Positions 1 through 12,059 are shown, numbered from the whole stretch's first letter. The stretch is DNA of 59,435 nt, filler included, from Circinaria calcarea (GCA_051942165.1; 5 parts of 5 records of this genome joined end to end with filler, not necessarily neighbours in it); one strand, 5' to 3'. Notes: generated by a model from the letters alone, not told the origin. Numbers and translations are program-made.

Positions 1-1232
1 TCCGGCATGAGACCGTTCGTCGGGTTGTCGATGCCTTTAAACCACCGCAGATCGGACACGACCCCGCGGTGAGCGCCGACTCCACCTACCCCGCGAACCA
101 TGCGGACGTCCCAGCATTTCACCCATCCGTCACCAGAGCCGGAAAGAACGCGGTGGCCGTCTACGCCCCAATCCAGGGCGTAGATCTCGCGAATATGGCC
201 GTCGAGGATCATGACTGTCCGACCGGTCCGTAAATCCCATATCCGGCCTATGCTGTCAAGTCCGGCGCTGGCGAGTAGAGAGCCGTCGGTGTTGAAGCTT
301 AAGGCATAAACTTCTCTGGAGTGACCTTCTTGCAGTTGGAGCTCGGTAGTGGTGTTGATGTCCCATAATCGCCAAGTGGTATCATAAGATGCTGAAGCGA
401 GGTACTTCCCAGAGGGATGAAATTCAACCCTGCAGACACGTCCAGTATGACCCGCTAATGTTGAAATGGGAGTATCTTGGGTCAGAGACCACAGATGAAC
501 GTTGCCTTCCTCGCCACCGGAAGCAAGGTTTACTGACTCCTCTGAGACAGAGGTACCGGGTAATGTAGATCCTGGCATCCAACTGATCCCCCCTACCCGA
601 TCTGTGTGGCCTCGGAGGGTCTTCTTTGTGTCTAAATTCGGGACGTCGAGTAGTTTGACACCTCCTCCCCAATTACCAGCGGCTATAGTTTGTCCATCAG
701 GGGAAAATCGTGCGATACTGACAGGTCTGTCGCCCGCAATTTGTGTTCCGACCAAATCAAACATCTGGAGGCGATCTTTGGTAGCTTTTCGGTGCTTGAT
801 ATGTGTACGTAGCGGAATTGAAGACTCTGCCTTCTGGCTTGCTATCCTTACCTTCGCCCTGGGTAGCGAGTATCGTGCAATGATCTTTCGAGCCTCCAGT
901 AGCTCTTGTATCCCGGCAGAATAGAATTCTTCCTCTTGCTCATGCTGTGATTCCTCAACACCTCCATCCTGCATTTTTGTATCACCATCCGGTTCCACCT
1001 CCTTGGCTAACAGTTGCCTAAGCCGATCTCTTCGATCTCCAGCATCTTCACCGAAGAGCGTCACAGGCTCTCCCATCCCCCGCAGACTGGCACGCACTCG
1101 GCCATCATCGGTCGGGACAGCAATAGCGGCTGCACGTCGTCGCTGCAAGAACTGTGACAACAGGATCGCGGAGGAATCTGGTCCGGCATCGTGCTCCGCC
1201 TCATCGTCTTCTTCTGAGATAGAGACTTGCAT
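1..1232 (-). CDS. PRP4: U4/U6 snRNP protein Prp4 (PRP4 motif + WD40 repeats); 3' end runs off the window, possible extra 5' exon
   Basis: Minus-strand translation gives RRAAAIAVPTDDGRVRARLRGMGEPVTLFGEDAGDRRDRLRQLL (PRP4 motif) and WD repeats such as WDLRTGRTVMILDGHIREIYALDW and SGSGDGWVKCWDVR. Confidence 0.9.
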   Translation of the reverse strand, partial: MQVSISEEDDEAEHDAGPDSSAILLSQFLQRRRAAAIAVPTDDGRVRASLRGMGEPVTLFGEDAGDRRDRLRQLLAKEVEPDGDTKMQDGGVEESQHEQEEEFYSAGIQELLEARKIIARYSLPRAKVRIASQKAESSIPLRTHIKHRKATKDRLQMFDLVGTQIAGDRPVSIARFSPDGQTIAAGNWGGGVKLLDVPNLDTKKTLRGHTDRVGGISWMPGSTLPGTSVSEESVNLASGGEEGNVHLWSLTQDTPISTLAGHTGRVCRVEFHPSGKYLASASYDTTWRLWDINTTTELQLQEGHSREVYALSFNTDGSLLASAGLDSIGRIWDLRTGRTVMILDGHIREIYALDWGVDGHRVLSGSGDGWVKCWDVRMVRGVGGVGAHRGVVSDLRWFKGIDNPTNGLMP

Positions 1233-1845
1233 CGCTGTTTTATGAGGCAGTAGTACTAGTTCGACAAAGGGTTGCAATTACATGTCTGCTACCAAGAGCT
1301 GTTCTTGTAGCTTATCTAACGAGTGACTTAGGATCCTTTGATTGAAGCATTTTGGACCCTCTTAGCAATGAAAGATGTCTTCGAGACGACACCTGTGCTA
1401 GTGTGAGACTTTGTGCGGAAGATGGAGAAGACGGAGTTGTTAACAGACGGATTTGATATCGACGTTTGGACTGCCTATGGTAAAGAACACAGGACTAGGA
1501 GACCATCAGGTCACCAAAAGCAGCGCTAATGGGATTTGAACCCAAATGTTGGTGATATTCGCGCAATATTCGCTTTCACCTAACGAGTCTTTCAGTAAGT
1601 TAGCGCCACCGTCATCTGTGGCTGAGGCTCAGCCTGAGGAAAACGGATCGATGGGTAACTTTTCCGAGAAGGATTTTACGCATAGCTGTTTGTATCAACA
1701 TGATTTCATTCGTTTTCTTTGTTCTTGCATTTGATTCTATGGTAAGCTATCACTGAGACCTCATATTCCATTCACTGTGAGCTACTAAGCTATTCTACAT
1801 ACCACAATGGACTGTTTTTGTCCATACCTTGGATAATAGAGTTTG

Positions 1846-3038
1846 ATGGCCACGATGCGGCCGCTAAAAGCCGTTGGTCTTCTGAGTCTCTCACCCGTCG
1901 TACAGAGCTCCTCCTGTCGAGTTAGCCCTTTCTTCACACAGCGCGATTTTCAGAATCATTGCGTGCCATTTTCGACTTCTACTTTGCCAGAGTCCCTCAG
2001 CTATCGAATAGCAGCTTCATTCTCTGCAAAAGGCCGTCGCTTCAATCCCAAACATGACCTGTTCTCTTTTGACCCGCAAAACCAGCCCAGCTTTAACCAC
2101 GGCACCACGAGGCGAAGACCCAACAGTGGCCAAGACTCCTTTTTCGTCACGGGTATCGGGAATAGTACAAATGTGGCCTTTGGAGTTGCAGACGGGGTAG
2201 GGGGCTGGATTGATTCTGGAATCGACTCGGCCCATTTCTCACATGGTCTATGCGAGTCAATGGCAGCTGAAGCACAGTCGACGGACTTGTCTAAGAAAAA
2301 GAGGCTTTATGCCGGCGAGCTCCTGCAAAAAGGTTATGACAAGGTTATTGCAGACAAAAGTGTCACAGGTGGCGGGACTACGGCATGTATAGCCATTGCC
2401 GGAAGCGACGGGAACCTGGAAGTGGCCAAGTAAGCCAACCAATCAGAAGTAGAGGGTCGGGGCTGGCTAATGATACCCATAGTCTGGGCGACTCTGGATT
2501 CATTCAACTTCGGCCGAATGCAATTCATTATTCCTCTAATCCTCAAACTCATGCCTTCAATACCCCTTATCAACTATCCATCATTCCTCCCAGAATCTTA
2601 GCGAGATCAAGGATCTTTGGCGGTGGACCTTTGCACGACTATCCTCGAGATTCCAGTATTACCAATCACCAAGTCAGACATGGCGACGTGTTGGTCTTCG
2701 CAACTGATGGCGTTTGGGACAATTTGAGCTCTACCGATATACTCAAGATAGTTAGTCGATATATGACCGGCTTTGGTGCATGGAGGACAAGCAAAGACGG
2801 CTTAAGTGCGTCGGATGAATTGAACATATTGACCCAAGCCGGCGGGATTGCTAAAGAGCACGAGAATACGATTCAGGCTTTACTGGCCGTCGCGATTGCC
2901 TCGGAGGCAAAGATGGCCAGCCAGGATACGAAGCTAGATGGCCCGTTTGCTAAAGAGGTGCACAAATTCTATCCCCATGAGGATTATCGTGGCGGCAAAG
3001 TCGATGATATTTGTGTTATAGTAGCTGTAGTGGTCTAG
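1846..3038 (+). CDS. PTC7: PP2C-family protein phosphatase Ptc7/Azr1-like, 2 exons (intron 2430-2482)
   Basis: Motifs GQDSFF, GVADGVGGW, GGTTACI, spliced ANLGDSGF, ATDGVWDNL and GGKVDDI. GT..AG intron with a GCTAAT branch site. Confidence 0.9.
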
Positions 3039-3426
3039 CCGCACCGTTCCGGAAGATCTCGATTTAGCCAGGCGTCTGGGCGAAATGTAGCATTGCCATC
3101 TTGTTGTTCATAGCCAATAGACATAATATATTATTTATGTCCATGCTGGGGATACTCTTCCATACTTACAGTCAGACGATCGGAGCTTACTCGACCAGTT
3201 CAGGGGGCGGCCGAGAACCGTTGCCCGGCCAAGTTGTATTTACGAAACGCTCGGACCATTCTCCTTGAATTTGATAATGGACTTCCTCGCGACTAGACCG
3301 TTGCGCGACAATATTTTTGAAATCCATGCAAGGTATGCTTTGTGGTACATGATAGTATACACTTCATGAAGGCATGTCATACGATGCGCGTGAAAAGCTT
3401 CCAATTGATCCAATAGAACGCGCGCT

Positions 3427-5973
3427 ATGACCACAGTCTCACCTACACCTCTTGGCTGTGGCCCCGATGCTCTACCTAGACGAGTACCGTCTCGACAATT
3501 TACACGTTCTCAGCCACTGCGACCAGGACTGAAAAGAGGATCTCCTCTATCGAGAGTTTCAAATGGCCATTCCAACTATTCAGCAGCTATTCAGCCGAAT
3601 TCGTTAGGAGATAGCTCCGACGACGAAGGTTCTGCTCCGCTTTTAAGCGCTGCGGCGGAGGAGATATTGGGAGTAAGAGGTGTGAACTTGGAAAAAATAT
3701 CATCGCAGAGAGAAGGGAGCGCTATCGATGGCACTGCGATACATCCTGCAAGAAGCAATTCCGTGAAACAAGCAAGCCCCATACCGCTTCGACCACTATC
3801 CGGCCTTGAGCAACGGACAACCTCCCCATCATCATTACGCTCCGGAAGCCCCCGCGTAGTAAAGATTATCTCAGGCACCAGGGGATCTTCAGGCTCTGCG
3901 ACGCTTCGACGTACAGCATCTACTATAAACGTGTTGCGTGGTAATAGTCCTATTGGACGACAAGACCAAGCAGGACTCAATACCCCAGTTCCATTACCAA
4001 GGCAAGTTGATCAGGGAATCGTTCATAAAACTTCAGAGGATATCGTTCCTACGCAGACACGAGCTACAACTCCTTGGCAAACCTCACAAATTGGCGCTGG
4101 TGCCTTGCGCACCTCGCCTGTGGGGGGATTAGGGGACGCAAACCAAGATGCGGTGCTACAGTCGGGGAGTTTGACAGTGAACAGAACTAAAGGCGAAGAT
4201 CTTGGGGTCATCGGATCGTTAAGGATAAAGAGGGTTGGCAAGGTCACCGGAAGGTTCCTGAGCGGGCCTGCAAGAAGAGGGATCATCAGGAGACATAGCG
4301 AAGAAGACCAAAGTCCAACCCAGCAAGGAGAGACGCCTCCTGGAGAGTTACGACAGGCTTCTTCCGAAAACCAAGAGAACGAAGGCCGAGAGCATGTATG
4401 TCTCTTACCAAGTACTCAAGAGAAGCCAGCTTCAGGCGTGGATAAAGGACTACATCAACAGCCGCATCATGTTCGCTTTGCCAGCCAGCAAATCAACTCT
4501 AAAGATTGGGCAGTGAAATCAACGGAAAAACCTCAGCTGGCAGGTCCGGAAGAGAACAAAGCAATACCGCCGCGATCCGATGTTTCTAACAACTCTGTGA
4601 AACAGTTCAAAGTACCGCCATTGCCCCCTCTACCTTCACGGTATGATCAAGAAAACGAGCCTCCGCCTACGTTCAAGCGTAACAAGTCCAATGGTCTTGA
4701 TCTTCTGGATCAGCCCAAGAAATTCTCGGTGATGGTGGATGACAAAATGCCAGCTAAGACGCCTATAACAATCTCGCCACCAAGGAGGGTACTTGCGCCA
4801 CGTAGCCAAAACACACCATTACGGCAAGCACCGCCTCCTCCCAAAATGACCGTATTGGAAACCGCAACGGCTACTGGAGGCGCTGCATCAGCATCTCAGG
4901 CGAAAAAGAAAAGGAACTACATTTCTGTCAATGGAAAGTTATTCACCCGTATGGATTGCATCGGACGTGGCGGCAGTGCTAAAGTCTACCGAGTCATGGC
5001 AGAAAACTACAAAGTGTTTGCATTGAAACGAGTGTCTCTGGAAGATGTAGATGAGCTAGCCATTCGTGGTTACAAGGGCGAAATCGACTTGCTTCGGAAG
5101 CTGGAGAACGAAGACAGGGTGGTCCGGCTGTTCGACTATGAGATTAACGATGAAAGACAGACACTCAGCGTTCTCATGGAAATGGGAGAGTCCGATCTTA
5201 ACCGAGTCCTCACCCTGAAACTTAACGCCGAAAATGCCAAGTTTGACATTAGCTTTACCCGCTATTTCTGGAAAGAGATGCTCGAGTGCGTTCAAGCAGT
5301 TCACCAGTACGACATTGTGCACTCCGACCTGAAGCCTGCCAACTTCCTCCTCGTTCAAGGGAGACTTAAGCTCATTGACTTCGGCATCGCCAACGCTATC
5401 CAAGACGACACCGTCAACGTGCACCGCGAACAACAAATCGGTACGCCCAACTACATGTCTCCGGAATCCCTCATCGACTTCAACGCCGCGAGCGGACTCC
5501 CTTCTAGCCTAGGCAAGTTGCTTAAGCTTGGTAAACCGAGCGACGTCTGGAGTCTCGGCTGCATCCTCTACCAAATGGCCTACGGGAAACCCCCCTTTGC
5601 CCACATTGCCAACCAGCAGCTCCGCATAATGGCCATCCCAAATCCGAACCACGTCATCAGCTATCCGGAGCGCGGAGTTGGCGGTGCGGCTGTGCCTGCG
5701 GGCCTCGTGCGGACGTTGAAGAAGTGCCTCAACCGCAATCTGGCCCAGCGGCCGACGGTGGCCGAGCTCTTGGCCGAGGACGATCCGTTCCTGCACCCGG
5801 ATCATCAGCTCCAGGGCACGATCCTTGTTGGACAGGATTTGATCGCGAGGCTGCAGAGCAGCATCGTCAATCGGATCCGCGAAAAGGGCATGCCGGGTGA
5901 TGCGGAGCTGTCGACGTGGCCGGCAAAACTGTACCTCAGTATCAAGGCGATTGTGGACGAGGGGCAAGCTTGA
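3427..5973 (+). CDS. MPS1: Spindle checkpoint kinase Mps1/TTK, single exon, 848 aa
   Basis: C-terminal kinase domain with IGRGGSAKVY, HSDLKPANFLLV, DFGIANAIQDDTVNVHREQQIGTPNYMSPE and DVWSLGCILYQM, typical of Mps1. Long disordered N-terminus. Confidence 0.92.
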   Translation: MTTVSPTPLGCGPDALPRRVPSRQFTRSQPLRPGLKRGSPLSRVSNGHSNYSAAIQPNSLGDSSDDEGSAPLLSAAAEEILGVRGVNLEKISSQREGSAIDGTAIHPARSNSVKQASPIPLRPLSGLEQRTTSPSSLRSGSPRVVKIISGTRGSSGSATLRRTASTINVLRGNSPIGRQDQAGLNTPVPLPRQVDQGIVHKTSEDIVPTQTRATTPWQTSQIGAGALRTSPVGGLGDANQDAVLQSGSLTVNRTKGEDLGVIGSLRIKRVGKVTGRFLSGPARRGIIRRHSEEDQSPTQQGETPPGELRQASSENQENEGREHVCLLPSTQEKPASGVDKGLHQQPHHVRFASQQINSKDWAVKSTEKPQLAGPEENKAIPPRSDVSNNSVKQFKVPPLPPLPSRYDQENEPPPTFKRNKSNGLDLLDQPKKFSVMVDDKMPAKTPITISPPRRVLAPRSQNTPLRQAPPPPKMTVLETATATGGAASASQAKKKRNYISVNGKLFTRMDCIGRGGSAKVYRVMAENYKVFALKRVSLEDVDELAIRGYKGEIDLLRKLENEDRVVRLFDYEINDERQTLSVLMEMGESDLNRVLTLKLNAENAKFDISFTRYFWKEMLECVQAVHQYDIVHSDLKPANFLLVQGRLKLIDFGIANAIQDDTVNVHREQQIGTPNYMSPESLIDFNAASGLPSSLGKLLKLGKPSDVWSLGCILYQMAYGKPPFAHIANQQLRIMAIPNPNHVISYPERGVGGAAVPAGLVRTLKKCLNRNLAQRPTVAELLAEDDPFLHPDHQLQGTILVGQDLIARLQSSIVNRIREKGMPGDAELSTWPAKLYLSIKAIVDEGQA

Positions 5974-6490
5974 AAGAATTGGAGATATTCTCTTGGTTAT
6001 TGTTTTGTATATAGTTTTCGCTTCTTGGAGAAGACGGGGAAGGTATTGGAAGGGAGGGGGTTTTGGATGGAGCTTTTTTTTGGGTATTCCACGGTTTTAC
6101 GAATTATGAGAGGAATTGGTTTGTTATGCTAGCGAGTAGCCGTGGTCGGTGAGCGTTTGAAGCCTAGGGTGGTACTCTACCACGTCTATTTCTAGTGCCT
6201 GATAGGGGCTTTTTATAGATTCAGTCACATGCATTCTGTATAGTATGAGAAGACTGACTGAGAAGTCTACCAATACTACTGATAATATCTCAAATTCGAA
6301 TAGTCCAAGCCAAGGGATGATTTAGTTATGTACAGTCTATTCAGTAAAGATGATGACGGGCCACCATCTTTTGGGTACTTCCGTCCAGTCTTTGACTGAA
6401 ACTTCAAGTCCTCCACCCAAGCAAGCTAAGACTCAATGAAGATTCGGTCTTCCATAATTATCTCCCTATATCCAACCCATCCCACCTATG

Positions 6491-7240
6491 CTATACACCT
6501 TTATTCCCTACTTCCACCCCACCCTCATCACCCCCATGATCCTTCCCGGCCTCCCTCTCCCCTTCCACCTCCTCCAAACTCCTCACCCTCAGCTCCTTCA
6601 CCTTGAGAATCGTAAACCGCAGCTTAGTCTTCACGTGCTTCACGTGCCTCTGCCGCCTCTTCGTCTTCTCCAGCACGCGCATCGGCTCCGCCTCCGTACC
6701 CGCCACCACCGCCCGGCACTCGAACAGTCGTTCGTCGAGGTAGGGCGCCCCTTGCATCGTGTAGTCCCGGCTGCCGATACTGGAGGCGCGCGTCAGGCGG
6801 AGGACGTCCCCGGGCCGCACGAGGGGCATGTGGAAGGGGAGCCGGAGCGTGTCGCCGAGAGTGAGCAGGTAGGGCCGCGCGTGGATGTGGGCGGTGATGT
6901 AGTGGGAAGGCTGGGCGCGGAGGAGAGGGAGGAGTTCTTTGACTGAGGGGGAGAGGGGCGGCAACGGAGAGGTTGGTGGTGGGGGGAGAGGCGAGGACGG
7001 TTGAGTGCATGTCGACTGTCGCAGAGCTGATTGTCGCGGCCTTGTGGATAGTGGTGCAGGTGTGACGTTAAAGACACCCGCGTTCCGGAGAGATTCGGGC
7101 GGTGGGTTTGGTTTGACGAAGTTGGCTGTTGTTGAAAGACGGGCGCGAAGGGGGAGCAGGAATGTTGGGGGGAGGGCGAGGAATTGGCATTGGGCCTCCA
7201 GTGCTACTCGTTGTATACTTCTGCCCAGGATCATGGTCAT
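6491..7240 (-). CDS. MRPL49: Mitochondrial ribosomal protein bL21m (Mrpl49-like)
   Basis: HYITAHIHARPYLLTLGD..GDVLRL..GSRDYT..KTKRRQRHVK..FTILKVKEL matches the L21 fold. Presequence-like N-terminus. Confidence 0.8.
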   Translation of the reverse strand: MTMILGRSIQRVALEAQCQFLALPPTFLLPLRARLSTTANFVKPNPPPESLRNAGVFNVTPAPLSTRPRQSALRQSTCTQPSSPLPPPPTSPLPPLSPSVKELLPLLRAQPSHYITAHIHARPYLLTLGDTLRLPFHMPLVRPGDVLRLTRASSIGSRDYTMQGAPYLDERLFECRAVVAGTEAEPMRVLEKTKRRQRHVKHVKTKLRFTILKVKELRVRSLEEVEGEREAGKDHGGDEGGVEVGNKGV

Positions 7241-7813
7241 CGTGTAACTGCTGATACCTAGAAGTTATGATTCTTCGATATCGGAGATGTTCAACTGAAA
7301 TAGCTTAGCGGCCCGCGATAAAAGCGCTTGCGCTTCGAATGCCAAGAACTAAATACAGCAATGTATCAAATACGAACTACATGTAAACTTACCTAGCAGA
7401 CAACTTCGAGTTTCCGACGTCAAAATGATTCCAAGCCAGAGGCGGAGGCTATGCTCTCAAAGCATATGCAGGTGAGAGGAAGGCTGATGTAAATGCACAT
7501 GTATCTGTCTATGTTTGTCTCAGCTGCAGCCACGGTAGCTTAGGTGGGATGCTTGCAGCCAATCAGGTATTTTGTGATAGACGCCGTTATGGTCAAAATG
7601 CCTGCAGTGCAACCCTACCTCCTTAATCGCAGCAATATGGCATTTTGGGGGTCGCGTTTTGAATCGGCCATGTCTTATTAATTCAGCCTGCTACACGATG
7701 CCGTCGGTCGTGTTCATGGGGAGCAGCTTTTCCGTTCCTTTTCTATCTCCCATTCGGCATGCCGGTAATATAACAGGTGGAAGGTCCACGTACTCTCCAT
7801 TCTCCCATCACGT

Positions 7814-9067
7814 ATGCACCCTACTCTTGATGATACCACCTGTCCCCCGACTGCTGCGCGATGCGGTTGGGGGCCCCAGCAGAATGACCGCGACATTATG
7901 GATATCACATGGAGTTGCGGCTCCGCCCTATTCATCTGCTTGTGGGTAATGCTACATCTGAATATACCAGCAGAAGATGACGGCTACTGGCGCATCTTTT
8001 GGCGCAAAAGTCGCTGGCTTCTCCTCGGCTTGCTAGCTCCCGAGGTTCTCCTGCTGTCCGCCTGTGGGCAATGGGCGTCTGCCCAAAGGTCGGTGCGAGA
8101 TATGAGAGCGTTGGGGCACAATCGGTGGACGATGACACACGCTTTCTACTCCGACAGCGGCGGTTTTGTGCTGAAGCCTCTGGGCAGCTTCCCGTTTCCA
8201 ATCACGGCCAAGCAGCTGCACTATCTGGTCGAGGAGGGACATTTGGAGACTCCGGGTATATCCAAGAGGGAGATTTCCGATAAGAGCAATGCGGATATAT
8301 TTACGAAAACCATCGCGGCCTTACAACTAGGCTGGCTTGTGCTGCAATGTGTGGTGAGAGCTATATTAGACCTTCCCGTCACGCCTCTGGAGCTCTCGAC
8401 TGTCGCCATTATTTCGTGCACTGCATCAACATATTTCTTTTGGCTCCATAAGCCCTTTGACGTGGAGCTGCCAACTGTTCTTGAGACCCACGTCAGTATA
8501 GCTAATATCCTGCTCCGCGCAGGCGACGCCGCAGCAAGCCCTTTCCGAGACACTCCGCTGGACTTTGCGGATCCGCAAGTCCACACACTAAGTCTATTTC
8601 GTGGCGATTCGAGGCTGTTTTCTTGGCTCACCTCAACCAAGCGCCGGCCGCTAAACCGTATCCCCAACGATCGGAATCCGCAATTCGATTCTTTCCTGCA
8701 GCGCTTGCTCCTCGCCTTCATCACGGCGACCTTCTCCACCCTTCACTTTTGCGGGTGGAATTTTGACTTTCCCAGCACCGCGGAGCAGATCATATGGCGG
8801 ACTTGTTGTGTGGTGGCCGAAGTCTCGCTCGGCGTCCACGGTGTCCATGAGATGTACCAATACTTTTTTGATCCCGGCTATCGCCAACGACCTTATATAC
8901 ATGATGACAAAGTTAACTGGCCGGGTAATATGCTCTTTCTCATTCCCGCCGGGCTTTATTTCATGTCCCGTATCGCTCTGTTGCTGGCTGTCTGTTCTTC
9001 AATGCGGTCTCTTCCTCGAGGCGCGTTTATCAATGTGCAATGGACGGCGTCCATACCGCACATTTGA
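7814..9067 (+). CDS. Uncharacterised fungal multi-pass membrane protein, 417 aa
   Basis: Long ORF with several hydrophobic segments. Motifs SC..LFICLW..LHLNIP, HAFY.DSGGF, DKS.AD.FTK.IA.LQ and FW.HKP.DV recur in a fungal hypothetical membrane family. Confidence 0.7.
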   Translation: MHPTLDDTTCPPTAARCGWGPQQNDRDIMDITWSCGSALFICLWVMLHLNIPAEDDGYWRIFWRKSRWLLLGLLAPEVLLLSACGQWASAQRSVRDMRALGHNRWTMTHAFYSDSGGFVLKPLGSFPFPITAKQLHYLVEEGHLETPGISKREISDKSNADIFTKTIAALQLGWLVLQCVVRAILDLPVTPLELSTVAIISCTASTYFFWLHKPFDVELPTVLETHVSIANILLRAGDAAASPFRDTPLDFADPQVHTLSLFRGDSRLFSWLTSTKRRPLNRIPNDRNPQFDSFLQRLLLAFITATFSTLHFCGWNFDFPSTAEQIIWRTCCVVAEVSLGVHGVHEMYQYFFDPGYRQRPYIHDDKVNWPGNMLFLIPAGLYFMSRIALLLAVCSSMRSLPRGAFINVQWTASIPHI

Positions 9068-9303
9068 GGGATTTATTTGAAGGAGTTGTGTAGGCTATTG
9101 TAGTGTGAATATACTGCTGTCGCAGGCACTGCAATATATTAATAGTTAATAATATCGAGAATCTCAAAAACCTATACCGGCCCGTTTCCTATCTCAAAAT
9201 AACTTGACTGTCCATTAAAAGAGATAAAATACGAAAGTTTTGAAAAATTTAAATTTATATAAAACTCCATCATTCGCGCTCATCTACCTAGTTGCGATGA
9301 AAA

Positions 9304-10661
9304 TCAGCCCAATGCAAACGGACATCCTCCCGGTCTCTGCCCAAGGAGCCATTTTTTGGTCTCGTCCATATACTCGTTTCCTTTCCCCTGCTGGAATTTC
9401 GGACCCATGGTTCTCGGATCATATCCTTGCGGTATATACTTGTCGCCTTCATCGCCAGGTAGTGTTCCCCCTTGAAGCCATAGCATCCAGCCCCGTAGAC
9501 CCCATCGTTTCCTGAAAGTTGGCTTAACATACCACGGATGCCCTCTATACTTCAGCATATGAAATCGGCCAGCTGTCGCACTGTCCGAGAAATAAGGAAC
9601 AGGCTGGACTCGCGGGAGGCAGAGGTAACGGATAAACAGCTTCCGAAAATGCATCGCCCCTTTCACGATTGTTTGATAAATTCCTGGTGGATCTGGAAAC
9701 CTGCACCACCCGTTGATAAGCTCTCGGTTTAAGAATGAGCCGCTGCTAGCAACACTTACATCATTGATGCACGAAGCCTCTGATCCAAAAGGCACGTGAA
9801 AGCTTTGGTGCCTACTCCATGCAACCGCGATGGTAGCCCAAACAAAAGGATCCTCGTCGTCGCCTCTCCCAATTTTTTATTGTTGATATCCGGCACCATA
9901 TACTTCTTCTCGTATTCAATGCTCCACTCGTCAATCTCCTGAAGCCAATGGAGTCCATCCTTCCATCCAGTTTTGCTTGACGGAAGCTCATCGTAGGATA
10001 TCAGCATCGCGTCACCCATCCACTTCCAAAAGGTCCCAATAGCGCATAACTCCATGTCCGTCAGGCACCGCCACTCATATCGGGCCACCCATCTCGACGG
10101 CTCGAGAGTAAATAAGCTGAGCGTGTAGAGCATGTCCTGGTCGAGAATTTTGCCAGACTTCCGATGGCGGTCATGCAGAAAGTTGATCCGCGCGATGGCA
10201 GTGGCCGAACGATCGGATGTGGGGGGATTGAGGACAGTCTCCAGAAGCAAAGCACCAGTATCCGCAAAGCGCTTAGATGTAGTGGTGGGATTTGCGAGCT
10301 GTCCCGTTGCCACCAGGAGACGAGATACGGTAGGTATCCCGTATGTCTATCGAAGCGTCCGGGAAAATTAGCTCCTGTGCTTAATCTCGAGGGTGTGGGT
10401 TTCTGAACTCTCGATAGGGCAAGAAAATTGAGCTGTCTATACTTTGAAGAGCGCAAAGAAAACGGAGGTTGAGAATATTTTCGGGAATTCTAGCTCAGCC
10501 AAATACATTTGTATAGCCCAAGCATCATCCGTGACCATTCGTGCGAACGACGCTCGTGTTGGGTAGTTGAACTTTGCGTGCATTGTTCGAAGCCTTCGAT
10601 GTCGAAGCAATGAGACGGTGACTATGTAGGCCACCGTGGCCGCTAAAAGCAAGAATTTCAT
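9304..10661 (-). CDS. ER-bound oxygenase MpaB/DUF2236 (latex-clearing-protein-like) family, 3 exons (introns 10347-10442, 9701-9759)
   Basis: Spliced product contains an N-terminal TM anchor, LEFP, FALFKTYGIPTVSRLL, KRFADTG, AIARINFLH, DMLYTLSLF, W..MGDAM.I and PWYVKPT..RWG. Canonical GT-AG introns. Confidence 0.8.
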
Positions 10662-11130
10662 GATAGTAGATCTCCAAATATCGCGAATGGAAGCGCCTGA
10701 CCCGTAAGGGCGTTCGATTGCAAGAACTCAAGTGGCAAGGTTACTGCCCTTGAAACGAGGCCGGTTGCCAAAATCGTTGCTGAATTCTACTATGGTAGCC
10801 AGAGCGTTTGGCAGCCGGAGCCAGTGCTGGAAAAGGGAAAGTTGCTGTCATGGTGGTGATGGTTGTATTCATAGACCTTATGCACGCTCTAAGGGTGTAT
10901 GCAGGCTGCCATCTCTAGTATAGGTAATGTTCTCCGTGTTAAAATATGAGCAGCTCGACTTATGAAAGGTGATCTACGGAGTAAGCGATAGACCAAAATC
11001 TGCTCGGCAATGGCTCCAAACATACGCACCTGTGAGTATATTTCTGTCCGCTTTTGCCAAGATTTCGCAAGCACAGCTTTTTTGAAAAGCAGAGAGACTC
11101 ACTTCGAAGACGAGCGAAGTTTAGTTCACC

Positions 11131-11812
11131 ATGGTATCTGCCTTTCTTACCCTCAGTCGTTCTCACGAAAATTTGCTAACCTACTTCTAGCCTCAAAATG
11201 AGTACATTGAACGGTGGCAAAAGCAGCACGGAAAGCGCTTCGACTACGAAGAGAGGAAAAGGAAGCGTATAGCCAGGGAAGGCCACAAGCAATCACAGGA
11301 TGCCCAGAAACTGCACGGCCTTCGCGCCAAGCTCTACCAGAAGAAGCGCCATCATGAAAAGATACAGATGAAGAAGCAGATCAAGGCACACGAAGAACGG
11401 AATGTCAAGTCTTCAGCCCCCAACGAGCCTTCATCCACTCCTCTACCCGAGTACCTGCTAGATCGTTCTCAGGCGACGAACGCTCGAGCCTTATCAACAG
11501 CAATAAAAAACAAGAGGAATGAGAAAGCCGCAAAGTTCTCAGTACCGCTACCGAAGGTTAGGGGGATTGCGGAGGAGGAGATGTTCAAGGTTGTGAAGAC
11601 CGGGAAAAAAACGGCCAAAAAGGTTGGGATGAACACCTCTTGGATGATTGTTGAGACTGAACTTTGGACTGCGATAGGGTTGGAAGAGGATGATTACAAA
11701 ACCTACATTCGGTAACATCACCATTCCATCGATGGCTCTCAGAGGGCTGAAATATTCTAGTTGGAAACGACTTCACCCGTCGCCCTGTCAAGTACGAGCG
11801 ATTCATACGTCC
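11131..11812 (+). CDS. NSA2: Ribosome biogenesis protein Nsa2, truncated by the gap; coding exon 1 is only ATG
   Basis: [69 protein letters not shown]. Confidence 0.93.
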
Positions 11813-11912
11813 NNNNNNNNNNNNNNNNNNNNNNNNNNNNNNNNNNNNNNNNNNNNTTAATTAATTAANNNNNNNNNNNNNNNNNNNNNNNNNNNNNNNN
11901 NNNNNNNNNNNN
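11813..11912. other. Artificial contig spacer (N-TTAATTAATTAA-N)
   Basis: 100 bp of Ns with a central six-frame stop linker. Confidence 0.98.
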
Positions 11913-12059
11913 ATATTTGCTGTTCCGCATGGAGTGGGCAAGCTACAGGGGCATGACTACCATAAATACTACTATAAACCCATAGTATTTCGATAGTTCA
12001 ATACCAGAAATTGACCTCTCAAAATGCTACAGCACAACGTGACCGTAGCTATTTTATCA
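11913..12059 (+). mobile_element. Partial LTR-like element (left copy), cut by the contig end
   Basis: Reverse complement of 14653-14799 with 2 mismatches in 147 nt. Ends ...TTTATCA and is followed by AGTAG (CTACT on the minus strand). Confidence 0.85.

Noticed and set aside
6488..7077. Overlapping ORFs on both strands of the bL21m gene
   Set aside because: GC-rich shadow ORFs with no recognisable motifs. The same applies to most short ORFs overlapping the larger genes.
11813..11912. Recurrent TTAATTAATTAA palindrome (also within 23725-23824, 35631-35730 and 47536-47635)
   Set aside because: It is always centred in exactly 100 bp of Ns, so it is an artificial six-frame stop linker.
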